A stretch of DNA of 64,000 nucleotides from Candidatus Latescibacterota bacterium (GCA_965226795.1 CBDDDZ010000005.1:448001-512000), one strand, 5' to 3'. Counted from the first letter of the stretch, positions 51,083 through 60,817 are shown. Notes: a model not told the origin generated them from the letters alone. Translations and numbers: made by a program.

Positions 51083-51358
51083 TAATAACGTCTCCCTTCA
51101 AACGCTTGAAATCCGCGGATACAGTTTCAATGAAACCTCCTGGACGGGGCATCGGGGTCTCCGGTCTTCCGTCTGACGGCTTTTGGCGATGGTTGGACCG
51201 GTGGGGATTCGCCGCTGGCATCCTACCCGGTCCCGCGGACGCGTGCCCTTTTGGACCAGACGCGGCAGGTATCTGCGGCCGGCTGCAGATTGGTCGCGAT
51301 TTCCTATCCTGAATGTGCCTTTACGGGAACGGATGATTCCGGGGCGAGCCACGGTTCG

Positions 51359-51387
51359 ATAATATAAGCCGACCCGGTGCAGGTCAA
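51359..51387 (-). promoter_or_regulatory. Sigma-70-like promoter upstream of ggt
   Basis: TTGACC-N17-TATTAT on the minus strand. Confidence 0.6.
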
Positions 51388-51466
51388 GGTTTTTTTTATA
51401 TATTTGCCGATTTTTGGTTGCAGGAACCTGTAATGCCGGCAAATGAGAGAGTCGTCGGTAACGCGT

Positions 51467-53626
51467 TCACGAGGTGACATAAATGGGGCTAGTCCAGGCT
51501 TTGGCGCCGTCGGTCTGCGTCACCCGCACCCAGTAGGGATGGCAACCGCCTGGCAATTCAGACTCCCGGCAGGTGAAACTGGCCTCGTGTCCGGAGCCAT
51601 TGGGCGCCTGCTCGAAGACAACGGCGATGTCGATTCCGCCCGCGGGAACCCGGACAGGCCCACCGGCGATTTCTTGAAGCGTGACGGAACGGGACACGAT
51701 ATCCGTCCTGAAGTCGATGGTTGCCTGCGGTGGGGCGTCCAGGGTAAGTATGATGCCGTCGGCGTCGCCGGTCGTTACGGATTTCCAGGTTACGGAATGG
51801 TCTGAGACTGCCTGAATACCCTCGGAAGCCGAGTCGAAGGCATATCCCTCGGCCTCAAGTATGCGTCCGCGATCGAGACTAAGGCGGCCGTCCCAGCGCA
51901 CCAGGCGGTTGCGCGCACGGATGCGCTGGCCCGACCAGGCAATGCGAATTCTATCTCGCGCGCGGGGTATGGTCTTGGGAAAACTGTATACGAGCTTAAG
52001 GCCTCTGAATACTTCCACGCTTTCGATGGGCGCGGTTCCGATCACGTCAACGGCGATTTCAGGCGGATCCGACGTCTTCAGGTCCGAGCCCATCGGGTGG
52101 CCGTCGGCGTTGACGTTCACCAGGATTCGCTGGCCGGTGGTGCCGTAACAGCGCCGGGCTTTCAGGGCTTGCCACAGGCCACGCCGTGTGAGTTCGGTTG
52201 CGAAGACGCACGTGAGCCCCCCGTACACCCCGAAGGAGCCGCTGCCCGGGTACGCGGCGCCGGGTCTACCCTTGTGGTCGTCGCTTCCGGCGGTGAACCC
52301 CACCCGATAGTCGTTCTCGAGAGCCCACTTGAGGAACCATTCGAATTCGCCCCACTCGGAGTAGACTTCCACCAGGCGCTCGAATTCGGGGTCGTGCCAG
52401 TCCAGATTGGCGTAGCGCCCGCCCACGTGCGGCACAAGCAGGACGTCCCTGCCCTTCATCGCTTTGTAAAGGTCGGTTATGTGCAGGCAATCGGTGTGGG
52501 CGTCGGATTTGTCCGGAATCAGGACATGGCTGGATCGGTGCAGGGGTCCGGTTTCGCCCGGATAATATACGTTGTGATCGCCGCCGACGGGGGTGTTTCC
52601 GGACCATTCGTAGCCGACGAAGGCGACAAATTGTCCGGGGTCGTTCTGGATATTGGCCTGGTGTCTTATTTCCTCCCAGACGGCTTCGGTGATCTGAAAA
52701 TCGTTACCCTGATGCCCTGCAAAGTCGACAAAGGCGGATTCCCGGGCGAAACGAAAGTACGACGACACGGGGTTTGTCCCGACCGTCTCTTCGCTCTGTC
52801 CGTGCAGGTCGCCCCAGTACGGCCGGTACCCGCTCCCGGATTCGACGCACCGGAGCGGGTTGCTTTCGGCTTTCAGGCCCAGGGATTTATCCTGGGCCCG
52901 GATGCGAAAAACGCCGTTTCCTGGCGCGACCACGTTTTCAAACCGATGGGTTCCAAGGTCTTCGGGTCGAAAACGGAAAGTCTCCGGGAGCCCCTCCAGG
53001 CCGTCGGTATCCAGAGTGACTTCGCCATTGTAGTCCCGGCACGGATTTCCCCAGACGTCCTCGACCTTGATCCCCGCCCACTCGGATTCGCCGGGAACGG
53101 TTTCGGACGCGCATAGGGCCACGAGTTTGTGGGGAGCACCACTGACAATCGGCACTGCGGGTGAGGGCACTTCCACGTAGACCCAGGTGCCGCACCAGTC
53201 GACCGCCACGCGGAATTCAAACAGTTCCTTGCAGAACGTCTGCGCGCGGATGCCCGGAGACCCGCCGGAGGTATCTCCCAGGGTGAGGGTGACCGTGTCG
53301 CCTTCGCAAAGTGAGTCGTCGAAGACGTCGATGGTGACACATAATCGCCAGGGTCGCACGTAGCGCTGTTTTTCAAAGGCCGGGCGGAGCGACGAGGGTC
53401 CCGTGGTGGAAACGGAGGCGTACCCGGGCGCGGCCGGATCGGCGAACTGGGGCGCCTGCCAATCGCTCACGTCGCGCCACGCGATTTTTATTACGCCGCC
53501 GTCATCCACGCCGTATCTGCCGGCGTGATAGATGATTCGCCAGGTTCCTGTGGCACCGGCAGTTACCGGCCCGGCCGGGTCGATTTCCGCCCACCCATAA
53601 TGCTCGCGAATTTCCGCTTCTCCCAT
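51467..53626 (-). CDS. DUF3604 / PHP-like metal-dependent hydrolase
   Basis: WGDLHGQS, GYEWS, GDHNV, PHVGGR, EVYSEWG, GF.AGSDDHKGRPG, R.CYGTTG, YWVRV.Q.DG..AW.SP. Confidence 0.8.
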   Translation of the reverse strand: MGEAEIREHYGWAEIDPAGPVTAGATGTWRIIYHAGRYGVDDGGVIKIAWRDVSDWQAPQFADPAAPGYASVSTTGPSSLRPAFEKQRYVRPWRLCVTIDVFDDSLCEGDTVTLTLGDTSGGSPGIRAQTFCKELFEFRVAVDWCGTWVYVEVPSPAVPIVSGAPHKLVALCASETVPGESEWAGIKVEDVWGNPCRDYNGEVTLDTDGLEGLPETFRFRPEDLGTHRFENVVAPGNGVFRIRAQDKSLGLKAESNPLRCVESGSGYRPYWGDLHGQSEETVGTNPVSSYFRFARESAFVDFAGHQGNDFQITEAVWEEIRHQANIQNDPGQFVAFVGYEWSGNTPVGGDHNVYYPGETGPLHRSSHVLIPDKSDAHTDCLHITDLYKAMKGRDVLLVPHVGGRYANLDWHDPEFERLVEVYSEWGEFEWFLKWALENDYRVGFTAGSDDHKGRPGAAYPGSGSFGVYGGLTCVFATELTRRGLWQALKARRCYGTTGQRILVNVNADGHPMGSDLKTSDPPEIAVDVIGTAPIESVEVFRGLKLVYSFPKTIPRARDRIRIAWSGQRIRARNRLVRWDGRLSLDRGRILEAEGYAFDSASEGIQAVSDHSVTWKSVTTGDADGIILTLDAPPQATIDFRTDIVSRSVTLQEIAGGPVRVPAGGIDIAVVFEQAPNGSGHEASFTCRESELPGGCHPYWVRVTQTDGAKAWTSPIYVTS

Positions 53627-53917
53627 TTCAGGGTCCGTTCGATTCTGGTACGCTTTACTATTGGCAGATCCGGCCGTGGAACGGGAACGCCCTCTTGTCG
53701 ATCGGTTTCCGGCGAACCCCCGGCGGGTCAGGGCGCCTAAAGATATGGTTTATCGGAAGCGTGACAAGAGAAATCAGGGCCGGGATCGGCGCGCCCTTTA
53801 CACTTGACGGGTGCCGGGTTTCACGTTAACTTTTCGGCGGATTCCGTCGTTCAACGCACCCTACCCTCCGCCGGTTTTCAGCCTCGGTCGAAGTGGCGCG
53901 CCCGCGGTTATACCCCA

Positions 53918-54202
53918 ATGGCCGACAACCTCCCCGTAGTCAGGCTTTATTCCAGAAACGACTGCCACTTGTGCGACGTTGCGAAAGGGCGCATCGAGTC
54001 GGCGGGGCGGCGTGTCGCGTTTCGTTTCGAGATCGTAGACATCGACGGTGATCCGAAACGATATGCGCCATACAACGAGCGGATCCCGGTGGTGCACGTT
54101 AACGGCGAAGAAATATTCGCTTTCCGTGTGAACGAGAGGATCCTGGTGCGAAAGTTGAAATCGCTGTCGGCCCGGCCAAGGAGACGGTATGGGTGGGGAT
54201 GA
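53918..54202 (+). CDS. Glutaredoxin-like protein (DUF836)
   Basis: LYSR..CHLC, VDID, IPVV.VNG. Confidence 0.85.
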   Translation: MADNLPVVRLYSRNDCHLCDVAKGRIESAGRRVAFRFEIVDIDGDPKRYAPYNERIPVVHVNGEEIFAFRVNERILVRKLKSLSARPRRRYGWG

Positions 54203-55523
54203 CCTGTTCGCCGCGCTGGAACCGGAGGCGCCGCTTGCGGACCGGATGAGACCACGCTGCCTGGATGAGGTGCGTGGGCAGGATCACCTCACGGCGCCGG
54301 ACGCTCCGTTTCGCAAGTTGATCGAAGGCGACCGGGCGCCTTCGATGATCTTCTGGGGACCGCCCGGATCGGGCAAGACCACGCTGGCGCGGCTCGTGGC
54401 CGGGTCAACGAAGAGCCGGTTTGTAGCGTTCAGCGCAGTCACCACCGGGGTGAAGGAGGTGAGGGAGATTGTCGCGCGCGCAAAAGGGGAACGTCAACTC
54501 GGGAGGCGGACCACCCTGTTCATTGATGAGATTCACCGTTTCAACCGGGCGCAACAGGACGCGTTCTTGCCGCATGTCGAAGACGGCACTATTAATCTGA
54601 TAGGGGCGACGACCGAAAATCCTTCGTTTGAGGTAAACGCGGCGTTGCTTTCGCGGATGCAGGTGTTCGTGTTGAATCTGCTGGACGTCCCGGCAATATG
54701 CGAAATCCTGAATGCCGCGCTTGCCAGCGAAGGGCGCGGGCTGCCGGACGTTACCGCCGACCCTGATGCTCTTGAGACGATTGCCGCCGCGGCGGAGGGA
54801 GACGCCCGCCGTGCGCTGAATGTCCTGGAAATGGCCTCGGCATCCGTGGGGGCGGGTGACCGGTTGACAGCGGAGTCTGTCAAGGCGGCTATGGGAAGCA
54901 AGGCGTTTCTGTACGACAAGAGCGGCGAGGAACACTATAATCTGATTTCGGCGCTTCACAAGAGCCTGAGGGACAGCGATCCGCATGCGTCGCTATACTG
55001 GCTGGTGCGTATGATGGAATCGGGCGAACACCCGCACTATATCCTGCGACGGATGGTCCGATTCGCGTCGGAGGATATCGGAAACGCGGACCCCCGGGCG
55101 CTTTCCATTGCGCTGGCCGCAAGGGACGCGTACGATTTTCTGGGAAGCCCCGAAGGCGATCTGGCCATTGCGCACGCGGCCGTATACCTGGCCACTGCAG
55201 CCAAGAGCAATTCGGTTTACGTGGCCTACGGTGAAGCGCGGAAGGATGTCATCGAACAGCCGAATCTGCCCGTTCCGATGCACCTCAGAAATGCACCGAC
55301 GAACCTGATGCAGGAATTGGGATACGGGCGGGGTTACCAGTACGCGCATGACGATCCCGACGGGTACGTGGCGCAGAGCCATTTGCCGGAAAACCTGGAG
55401 GGCCGGGCCTATTATCGTCCCTCCGATCGGGGATACGAGCAGCGCGTCCGGGAACTGATGGACTGGTGGGAAGCGCTGAGAAGGCGAAAGTCGCAATTGC
55501 AAAGAACATCGGCCGACGATTAG
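54189..55523 (+). CDS. rarA: Replication-associated recombination protein A (MgsA)
   Basis: PLADRMRP, WGPPGSGKTT, DEIHRFN.AQQD, GATTENPSFEVN, HYNLISALHKS, ASEDIG.ADP. Confidence 0.96.
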   Translation: MGGDDLFAALEPEAPLADRMRPRCLDEVRGQDHLTAPDAPFRKLIEGDRAPSMIFWGPPGSGKTTLARLVAGSTKSRFVAFSAVTTGVKEVREIVARAKGERQLGRRTTLFIDEIHRFNRAQQDAFLPHVEDGTINLIGATTENPSFEVNAALLSRMQVFVLNLLDVPAICEILNAALASEGRGLPDVTADPDALETIAAAAEGDARRALNVLEMASASVGAGDRLTAESVKAAMGSKAFLYDKSGEEHYNLISALHKSLRDSDPHASLYWLVRMMESGEHPHYILRRMVRFASEDIGNADPRALSIALAARDAYDFLGSPEGDLAIAHAAVYLATAAKSNSVYVAYGEARKDVIEQPNLPVPMHLRNAPTNLMQELGYGRGYQYAHDDPDGYVAQSHLPENLEGRAYYRPSDRGYEQRVRELMDWWEALRRRKSQLQRTSADD

Positions 55524-55656
55524 CGTCGAAAAGTGCATCCGCATTTGTGTTGAATGTGGAAGAGCCCTGTACTTTGTATCGATTTCGCGCGAAAGCGTAT
55601 GAAACTTCCTCTTTGTTGACCATTTCTCAGGAAAACACCGATAAGGGAGGCGAATA

Positions 55657-55710
55657 ATGAGGCTGACCGAAAACGACCACGTAACCTATCCGCCTCCTGA
55701 GCGTTTCTGA
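55657..55710 (+). CDS. Candidate 17-aa leader peptide MRLTENDHVTYPPPERF
   Basis: AAGGGAGG RBS 6 nt before ATG; followed by a terminator. Confidence 0.45.
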   Translation: MRLTENDHVTYPPPERF

Positions 55711-55753
55711 CGGATTCACAGCCGTTATTTCAGCAACTCGATTGCCCTCCGGA

Positions 55754-55787
55754 GCCGCGGGTAGGCTTTGTTCCCGCGGTTTTTTTT
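55754..55787 (+). terminator. Intrinsic terminator between the leader ORF and the sigma-region-4 gene
   Basis: GCCGCGGG..CCCGCGGT followed by a T-tract. Confidence 0.8.
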
Positions 55788-56228
55788 GTGCCCGAAGGCG
55801 TGGCTCATCGTTACACGGAGGAGATGATCGAGTTTATGTACAATTCCGATTTCTGGGAAGTTCGGCTGAATCAATGCGAACTGGAGAAGATCTCTGACGA
55901 GGACGGTCTCTGGTTTGAGTCCGGCAATGATCGACGCCTGCGGTACGTGTGGGAGGACCGGACTTCGGACCTGGCATTCCGGATTCTCGAGGGGGTGCCG
56001 CGTTGCCTCACCAGGAAACAGAGAGAAGCGATGCTGCTGTATTTCCGCCACGGAAAGACGCAACGGGAAATCGCCGAGATTATGGGGATCTCCCGCCGCG
56101 TGGTCAGCCAGCATCTGTTCGGTATTACGCGCGGTGGTCGGCAGGTGGGCGGCGCGATACGCAAATTGAGGAAATACTGTAAAGACGAGGGTTTGGGTCT
56201 TGACGTGCGGGAATCGGCGTCGACATGA
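55788..56228 (+). CDS. Sigma-70 region 4 (HTH) domain protein; true start may be an internal ATG (MIEF or MYNS)
   Basis: LTRKQREAMLLYF..GKTQREIAEIMGISRRVVSQHL. Confidence 0.8.
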   Translation: MPEGVAHRYTEEMIEFMYNSDFWEVRLNQCELEKISDEDGLWFESGNDRRLRYVWEDRTSDLAFRILEGVPRCLTRKQREAMLLYFRHGKTQREIAEIMGISRRVVSQHLFGITRGGRQVGGAIRKLRKYCKDEGLGLDVRESAST

Positions 56229-56243
56229 ACGTCGTCCGCGTTT

Positions 56244-57446
56244 TCAGACCGCCCAATGATTCATCTTCTCTTCATCCAATTCAACACCGAGACCGGGTCC
56301 TTCAAAGGGTTCGAGCGCACCGTTCCGGTACCTGAACGGTGTCTTGCAGACATCGTCCACCAGAAGCCCCGGGCCAACCAGGTCGGAGGGGACGGTGACG
56401 TTCCGTGACGCCACGGCGAGGTGGACAAAGGCGGCGGTGCCCGGGCCCATCTCCACGGTGCTGCCCAATAGCACGGGGATTCCGGCAGTTTGCGCGATAT
56501 GGATCAGGCGTTGACTGCGCAGGATGCCGCCGGCCTGGGAGGGGATGACGTTGAAGACATCGACAGCCCGATGGCGTACGAGAGCCGTTGAGAAGCCATC
56601 GTTGAGATCGGCCACGTGTTCGATAATCCGGATGGGAGTCTGTTTCCGAACGCGGGCGAGCGAGCAGGCCGCTTCATCGGCATTTTCGTTGATCCGTTCG
56701 GGATTATCGTTGGCAACGGCGCGGTTTACGGCGACCACCGGCGTCTCGCATGCGTCGACGCCTGCGGCGGCCATGTCCCGGATTTTTTCAATGGCCTCGC
56801 CCTCCTCCCACGCGCCGCTGGCGTCGACTCTGAGATGGACCTCGGGTCCAGCCACCTGGCGGATTCGCGCGATGCGGTCCAGATCGCGTGAATGATCCTC
56901 TCCGACCTTGAGCTTGAAGGCCCGAAGTCCCTGGGAGACCTTGGTGCTGATTTCATCTTCAAGCGCGTTGAGTTCTTCGTCCAGCGAGACGCCTCGTCGC
57001 ATATAGGCCACCCAGCAGACGTCAACACGATCGTGACGGCGCCCGCCCAGGAGTTCGTAAAGGGGGGCGCCGTAGTATTTTCCGGCAAGGTCCAGAAGAG
57101 CGATCTCTACGCCGAACAGGGTGAGACCCCGGAGTTCCGGGTGAATGCCGGCCGGCAGTTCCGCGGCGACGCGGGCGAGAAGGCGGTTTCGATCGGCGAC
57201 GTCACCGTCCTTCAATACACGCAAAAGGAGATCGCGCAGGTCGTCGGCCCGGAGGGGAAGCATCCTCTCGGCGATGTCCGCGACTTCACCCAGCCCGACG
57301 TGGTTCGTGTCCGTGAAGAATTCGAGGATCTGATATCTGGAACAGCTGAGGTCGTCGTCCGGCTGGAGGCCCTGCGGATCCGCGGTATAGGTTGTGTAGA
57401 TGCGCGGGATCGAGACTTCACGTACCTGGATTTCGGTGATCTTCAT
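56244..57446 (-). CDS. Mandelate racemase/muconate lactonizing enzyme family protein
   Basis: GLGE, IALLDLAGK..G.PLY.LLGG, FKLKVG, RVDASG.W, ETP, GPGLGVELD. Confidence 0.88.
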   Translation of the reverse strand: MKITEIQVREVSIPRIYTTYTADPQGLQPDDDLSCSRYQILEFFTDTNHVGLGEVADIAERMLPLRADDLRDLLLRVLKDGDVADRNRLLARVAAELPAGIHPELRGLTLFGVEIALLDLAGKYYGAPLYELLGGRRHDRVDVCWVAYMRRGVSLDEELNALEDEISTKVSQGLRAFKLKVGEDHSRDLDRIARIRQVAGPEVHLRVDASGAWEEGEAIEKIRDMAAAGVDACETPVVAVNRAVANDNPERINENADEAACSLARVRKQTPIRIIEHVADLNDGFSTALVRHRAVDVFNVIPSQAGGILRSQRLIHIAQTAGIPVLLGSTVEMGPGTAAFVHLAVASRNVTVPSDLVGPGLLVDDVCKTPFRYRNGALEPFEGPGLGVELDEEKMNHWAV

Positions 57447-57464
57447 GGGTATCGTCCTTCTGTT

Positions 57465-57803
57465 TCAGACGGAACCGGTTCCGGCGAGCTGGTTTCGTGT
57501 ATATGACACGAGCGCGGCCGTCAGGATGCTGGCGATGAGCAATAATCCTGCCGGCATCAGCTTGCGGGTCCTGATGAATCGGCTCAGGGAAATCCCGGTA
57601 AGGAGCAAAGATAGCATCAGGCCGATGAGCAATCCCGTTGCTGGATCGGTCCGCCCGGTCCAATAGGCGTAGAGCGCGACCAGGCCGCTGATACCGCCCG
57701 CGTAAAGCGAGACTGAGCTATCCGACTTGAGCTTGCCCATGATACCGCCCGTGATCAGCAGGAGGCCGTACAGCGCCAGGACGGTTTGTGCGAGTTGGAG
57801 CAT
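57465..57803 (-). CDS. TMEM14-family membrane protein
   Basis: YGLLL..GG.MG..K..S..SL.AG..SG; RF..TRK.MPAG; GGAGG RBS. Confidence 0.85.
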   Translation of the reverse strand: MLQLAQTVLALYGLLLITGGIMGKLKSDSSVSLYAGGISGLVALYAYWTGRTDPATGLLIGLMLSLLLTGISLSRFIRTRKLMPAGLLLIASILTAALVSYTRNQLAGTGSV

Positions 57804-57832
57804 GGTCTTCCTCCGATTGCGGTTTGCGATTC

Positions 57833-57938
57833 GTGTTCCTTCGCGGAAAAGGATTGCCGAGATTCGGCCGACGAGTCGCCCGGGTCGCAAGGCGCATGAG
57901 CGAGGCGACCTGTGGAAGGTCGGCCCAACGCGGCGCGA
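57833..57938 (-). repeat. MITE-like family, copy lacking the left end
   Basis: Reverse complement GCGTTGGGCCGACCTT..CAGGTCGC..CCTTGC..CCGGGCGACTCGTCGGCCGAAT..GGCAATC..TTTCCG..GAACAC matches 34851-34942. Confidence 0.8.
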
Positions 57939-57948
57939 CGGGATACTC

Positions 57949-58953
57949 CTAGGCCGTGCGGTACTTGTCTACCGTGGCCAGATCCAGCTTAACGCCGATG
58001 CCGGGCGTTTCGGGTAGAATGAAGTGCCCGTCCTCTACGACGAGGGCACCGTTCACAACGTCGGCCACGCGGGTGAATGGCAGTTCGTCGCAGGGGAGGG
58101 TGGCATTGGGAATGGTTGCCTGGACGTGCACCGAATAAGCGGCGAGGACGCCGAGGCACAGGCCCCCCATCTGCACCCAGCAGGGGACGTCGTCGGCCTC
58201 TGCGAGGACGGCGGCTTTCTTCACCTGCTGGGCCGGTCCCCCGAGGTTGACGTAGTCGATGCATTCGGCCTTCAACGCGTTGAGCACGTCCCTCGGCGCG
58301 CCGAGGTGCAACGCGATGGGAATATGGGTTTTTTGGCGCAGGAGGCGGTACCAGTCCAGATTGTTTTTGAGTACGGGATCTTCGAAGTTGGCGACCGTTC
58401 CAAAGGGTTCCAGTTCGCCAGCGAGACGGGCGGCGACGCCGGGGCGCTGGAACGCGGTATTGGGATCTACGCCGACGGTGTATTCGGACCCCGCGGCTTC
58501 CTTAATGAGCCGGACGGTTTCCACGATGTTCCAGGGGCGCGCCTTGAGTTTGTGGTTGGTGAAGCCCATTCTTGCACCGACCTCGGCTTCGGCCGCCGTC
58601 TCCTCGGGTTGCATGGCGCAGGACCAGTAGGAGACGGGGATGCGGTCGCGGACTTTCTCTCCGAAAAAGCGGTAGAGAGGAATACCGTAGGCCTGTCCGG
58701 CGATGTCCAGGAGCGCACAGGCGAAGGGGTCGGGCTGTGCAAACGGATCCAGGGAGAGAGGGTCCTGCCCGGTGAGCGCGGCGGCTCTTTCCGCGAATAG
58801 GGCTGGCTCGCCCTGGCATTCGCCGATGCCCTCGATGCCGCCGTCGGTATGGATACGACAAAGTGTGATTGAATAGATTTTGGGATGGTATCTGGCAATG
58901 GGCGGAATGGGCGGGATCTCGACTTCGAAGAGGTCGATGTCGGTAATTTTCAC
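57949..58953 (-). CDS. Mandelate racemase/muconate lactonizing enzyme family protein
   Basis: TDGGIEGIGE, ALLDIAGQ..G.PLY, HKLK, VDPN, FEDP, PGIGV.LD. Confidence 0.88.
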   Translation of the reverse strand: MKITDIDLFEVEIPPIPPIARYHPKIYSITLCRIHTDGGIEGIGECQGEPALFAERAAALTGQDPLSLDPFAQPDPFACALLDIAGQAYGIPLYRFFGEKVRDRIPVSYWSCAMQPEETAAEAEVGARMGFTNHKLKARPWNIVETVRLIKEAAGSEYTVGVDPNTAFQRPGVAARLAGELEPFGTVANFEDPVLKNNLDWYRLLRQKTHIPIALHLGAPRDVLNALKAECIDYVNLGGPAQQVKKAAVLAEADDVPCWVQMGGLCLGVLAAYSVHVQATIPNATLPCDELPFTRVADVVNGALVVEDGHFILPETPGIGVKLDLATVDKYRTA

Positions 58954-59060
58954 GGTGGGGCCTCCTTTGAACCGTTCCGGCCCCTTTTCACCGCACGGAA
59001 AGGAGCCTGCTGATGGTTCCGGGTTTACAATCGGCCGTTAACGTACCTGTGATGACGGCC

Positions 59061-59090
59061 GGTGTTCTGTCCCGGAATTCGGCCGACGAG
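59061..59090 (-). repeat. MITE-like family, right end with internal deletion
   Basis: Reverse complement CTCGTCGGCCGAATT-CCGGGACAGAACACC. Confidence 0.65.
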
Positions 59091-59122
59091 CGATGGCAAC
59101 GCAAGCAACGAAAACCATTTAA

Positions 59123-59317
59123 CCTGAACCTTGAGCCACTCCCTGAGCCTGCGGTCCCTGAGCTTGTCGAAGGGTCGGCGAAGGGCAGTGAAGAGCGCCA
59201 GACGGCGGAACCTGAGCCTGTCAAAGGGTAGCGAAACGCGGGCATTTCGACAGGCTCGTTTCGACTGGCTCAACGCACGCAATGACCACGCTTCGACAAT
59301 TTCGTCTCGACAGGCTC
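59123..59317. repeat. Cluster of REP-like palindromic units (TGAGCYTGTCGAA / TTCGACAGGCTC)
   Basis: At least 5 full or partial units in both orientations; same family as 15968-16045. Confidence 0.75.
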
Positions 59318-60817
59318 CTATGTTCGAGCTCGCAGGCACTGCTTGACGGCCGCGAGGCAGACTTCGACGACCGTGTCCGTGTTCATGACGAGGGCATGCA
59401 CGTCGTCGCGATTACCGGACATTTCGATGAGGAAGGCGGCGGGCGTGCCGCGTTCGGCCGCATAGGAGATGCAATAGGGTTCGGGCGGACGGAAATCGGT
59501 GATGCGATCCATGTTGACCTGCTGGTACGCGCCGGCGTACGGCTTCTGAGTCAGGTAACGGTTTTTCAGGCGATCTCGGATGTCCGCGTGAATGGCTGCA
59601 AGCAGCTCCCCGTCTCCCTTGTGGGGCAGCATCATAATGTAGTCGGCCGTATGGAAGTCGATCACGCAGAGCGGCCGGCATCGGTCGATGAGGCGCTGGA
59701 TGATCCGGGTCTCCCGCTCGGAGGCGGGTTCCGTACCCATGTAATTGTAATCCCAGGGCGTCCGCACGTCCTGCGCATAGTGGAAGGCGTCCCAGTTGCA
59801 GTCGAAATTGCGGTTCAGGTCGACACCCCGGGAGTTCTGGCGGGTGAAGCGATCGAATCCGCCCGGGTTCTGCACCGGCAGCATCTTGAAATGCAATTCG
59901 TTGGTTTTCAACCCTTCCACGTTCGGATTCTCACACAGAACTTCCGCAAGGCGCAGGAGGCCGTAGGAGTTCTCCCATTCCCAGCCGTGTATGGCGGCGC
60001 CGAAGTACATTGTGGGGTTGGATTCATCGCCGACGTTCAGGGAATAGATCGGTCTGCCGTCGCTGGAGCGACCTTCATCCTCCAGGTGGAGGTCAGGGTA
60101 CCGTTCCACGGTGTCGAACATCAGGTCGACAAATCCATCGTAGGAAAGGCGTTCCGGATAGTGTCTGCCGTAACGAACGGCGTTGTTGACGACGTTGCCC
60201 AGGAATAGATACTTGTTCGTGCTCCCCCAGGAATTGTACCATGGGCGCACCGGCGACGCGAGGTCCATGGCCACAATGCGGCCGTCGCCAACTCTTTCTT
60301 CCAGCATGACGGCGCCGCTGTTCAGGTTGGATATGCCCAGAACGGCGACGTCCGGGGAGGTTTCCATGCCCAGGATCTGACGCTGGAACATCTGGTTGGC
60401 ATAGCTCTGATCCGGGGCGCTGGTGACGGTTCCGTACCACCAGACGGTATCGCCAACGGAATAGCCCCGGGTCGCGTCGCTTTCAACTTCGATTCGCATC
60501 CCGGGACGGATGCGGTCGTGTACGTGGGTTTTGCTGAAATGCAGGCCGCGGCTGCGCGCATACTCGAAGAGGCAGGAGATGACCTGCCCCCCGGATTCCG
60601 CGAATGCGGTGACGGCGTTGTAGTCCAGCATCCGCAGGTTGCGTCCGTCATTCACCACGGTGATTACGAATTCATGCTGACCGAGAACGCCTGCGTCGTG
60701 ACCGTCATTCACGAAGTCCAGGCGTTTGACCCTGTCCGGATAAAGAATGTCCAGATCGGCCCCTATGGTGCCGCCCGGGCCGTCCGTGAGCAGGAGGATG
60801 TTCTGATCAGATTGCAT
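59318..60817 (-). CDS. M14 zinc carboxypeptidase with N-terminal extension
   Basis: GRSSDGRPI, IHGWE (HxxE), NPGG, RQNSRGVDLNRNF, SERET, IDFH. Confidence 0.88.
   Translation of the reverse strand: MQSDQNILLLTDGPGGTIGADLDILYPDRVKRLDFVNDGHDAGVLGQHEFVITVVNDGRNLRMLDYNAVTAFAESGGQVISCLFEYARSRGLHFSKTHVHDRIRPGMRIEVESDATRGYSVGDTVWWYGTVTSAPDQSYANQMFQRQILGMETSPDVAVLGISNLNSGAVMLEERVGDGRIVAMDLASPVRPWYNSWGSTNKYLFLGNVVNNAVRYGRHYPERLSYDGFVDLMFDTVERYPDLHLEDEGRSSDGRPIYSLNVGDESNPTMYFGAAIHGWEWENSYGLLRLAEVLCENPNVEGLKTNELHFKMLPVQNPGGFDRFTRQNSRGVDLNRNFDCNWDAFHYAQDVRTPWDYNYMGTEPASERETRIIQRLIDRCRPLCVIDFHTADYIMMLPHKGDGELLAAIHADIRDRLKNRYLTQKPYAGAYQQVNMDRITDFRPPEPYCISYAAERGTPAAFLIEMSGNRDDVHALVMNTDTVVEVCLAAVKQCLRART

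Noticed and set aside
59123..59317. CRISPR array
   Set aside because: Units are in both orientations, irregularly spaced and degenerate, and there are no cas genes. The pattern fits REP-like repeats.
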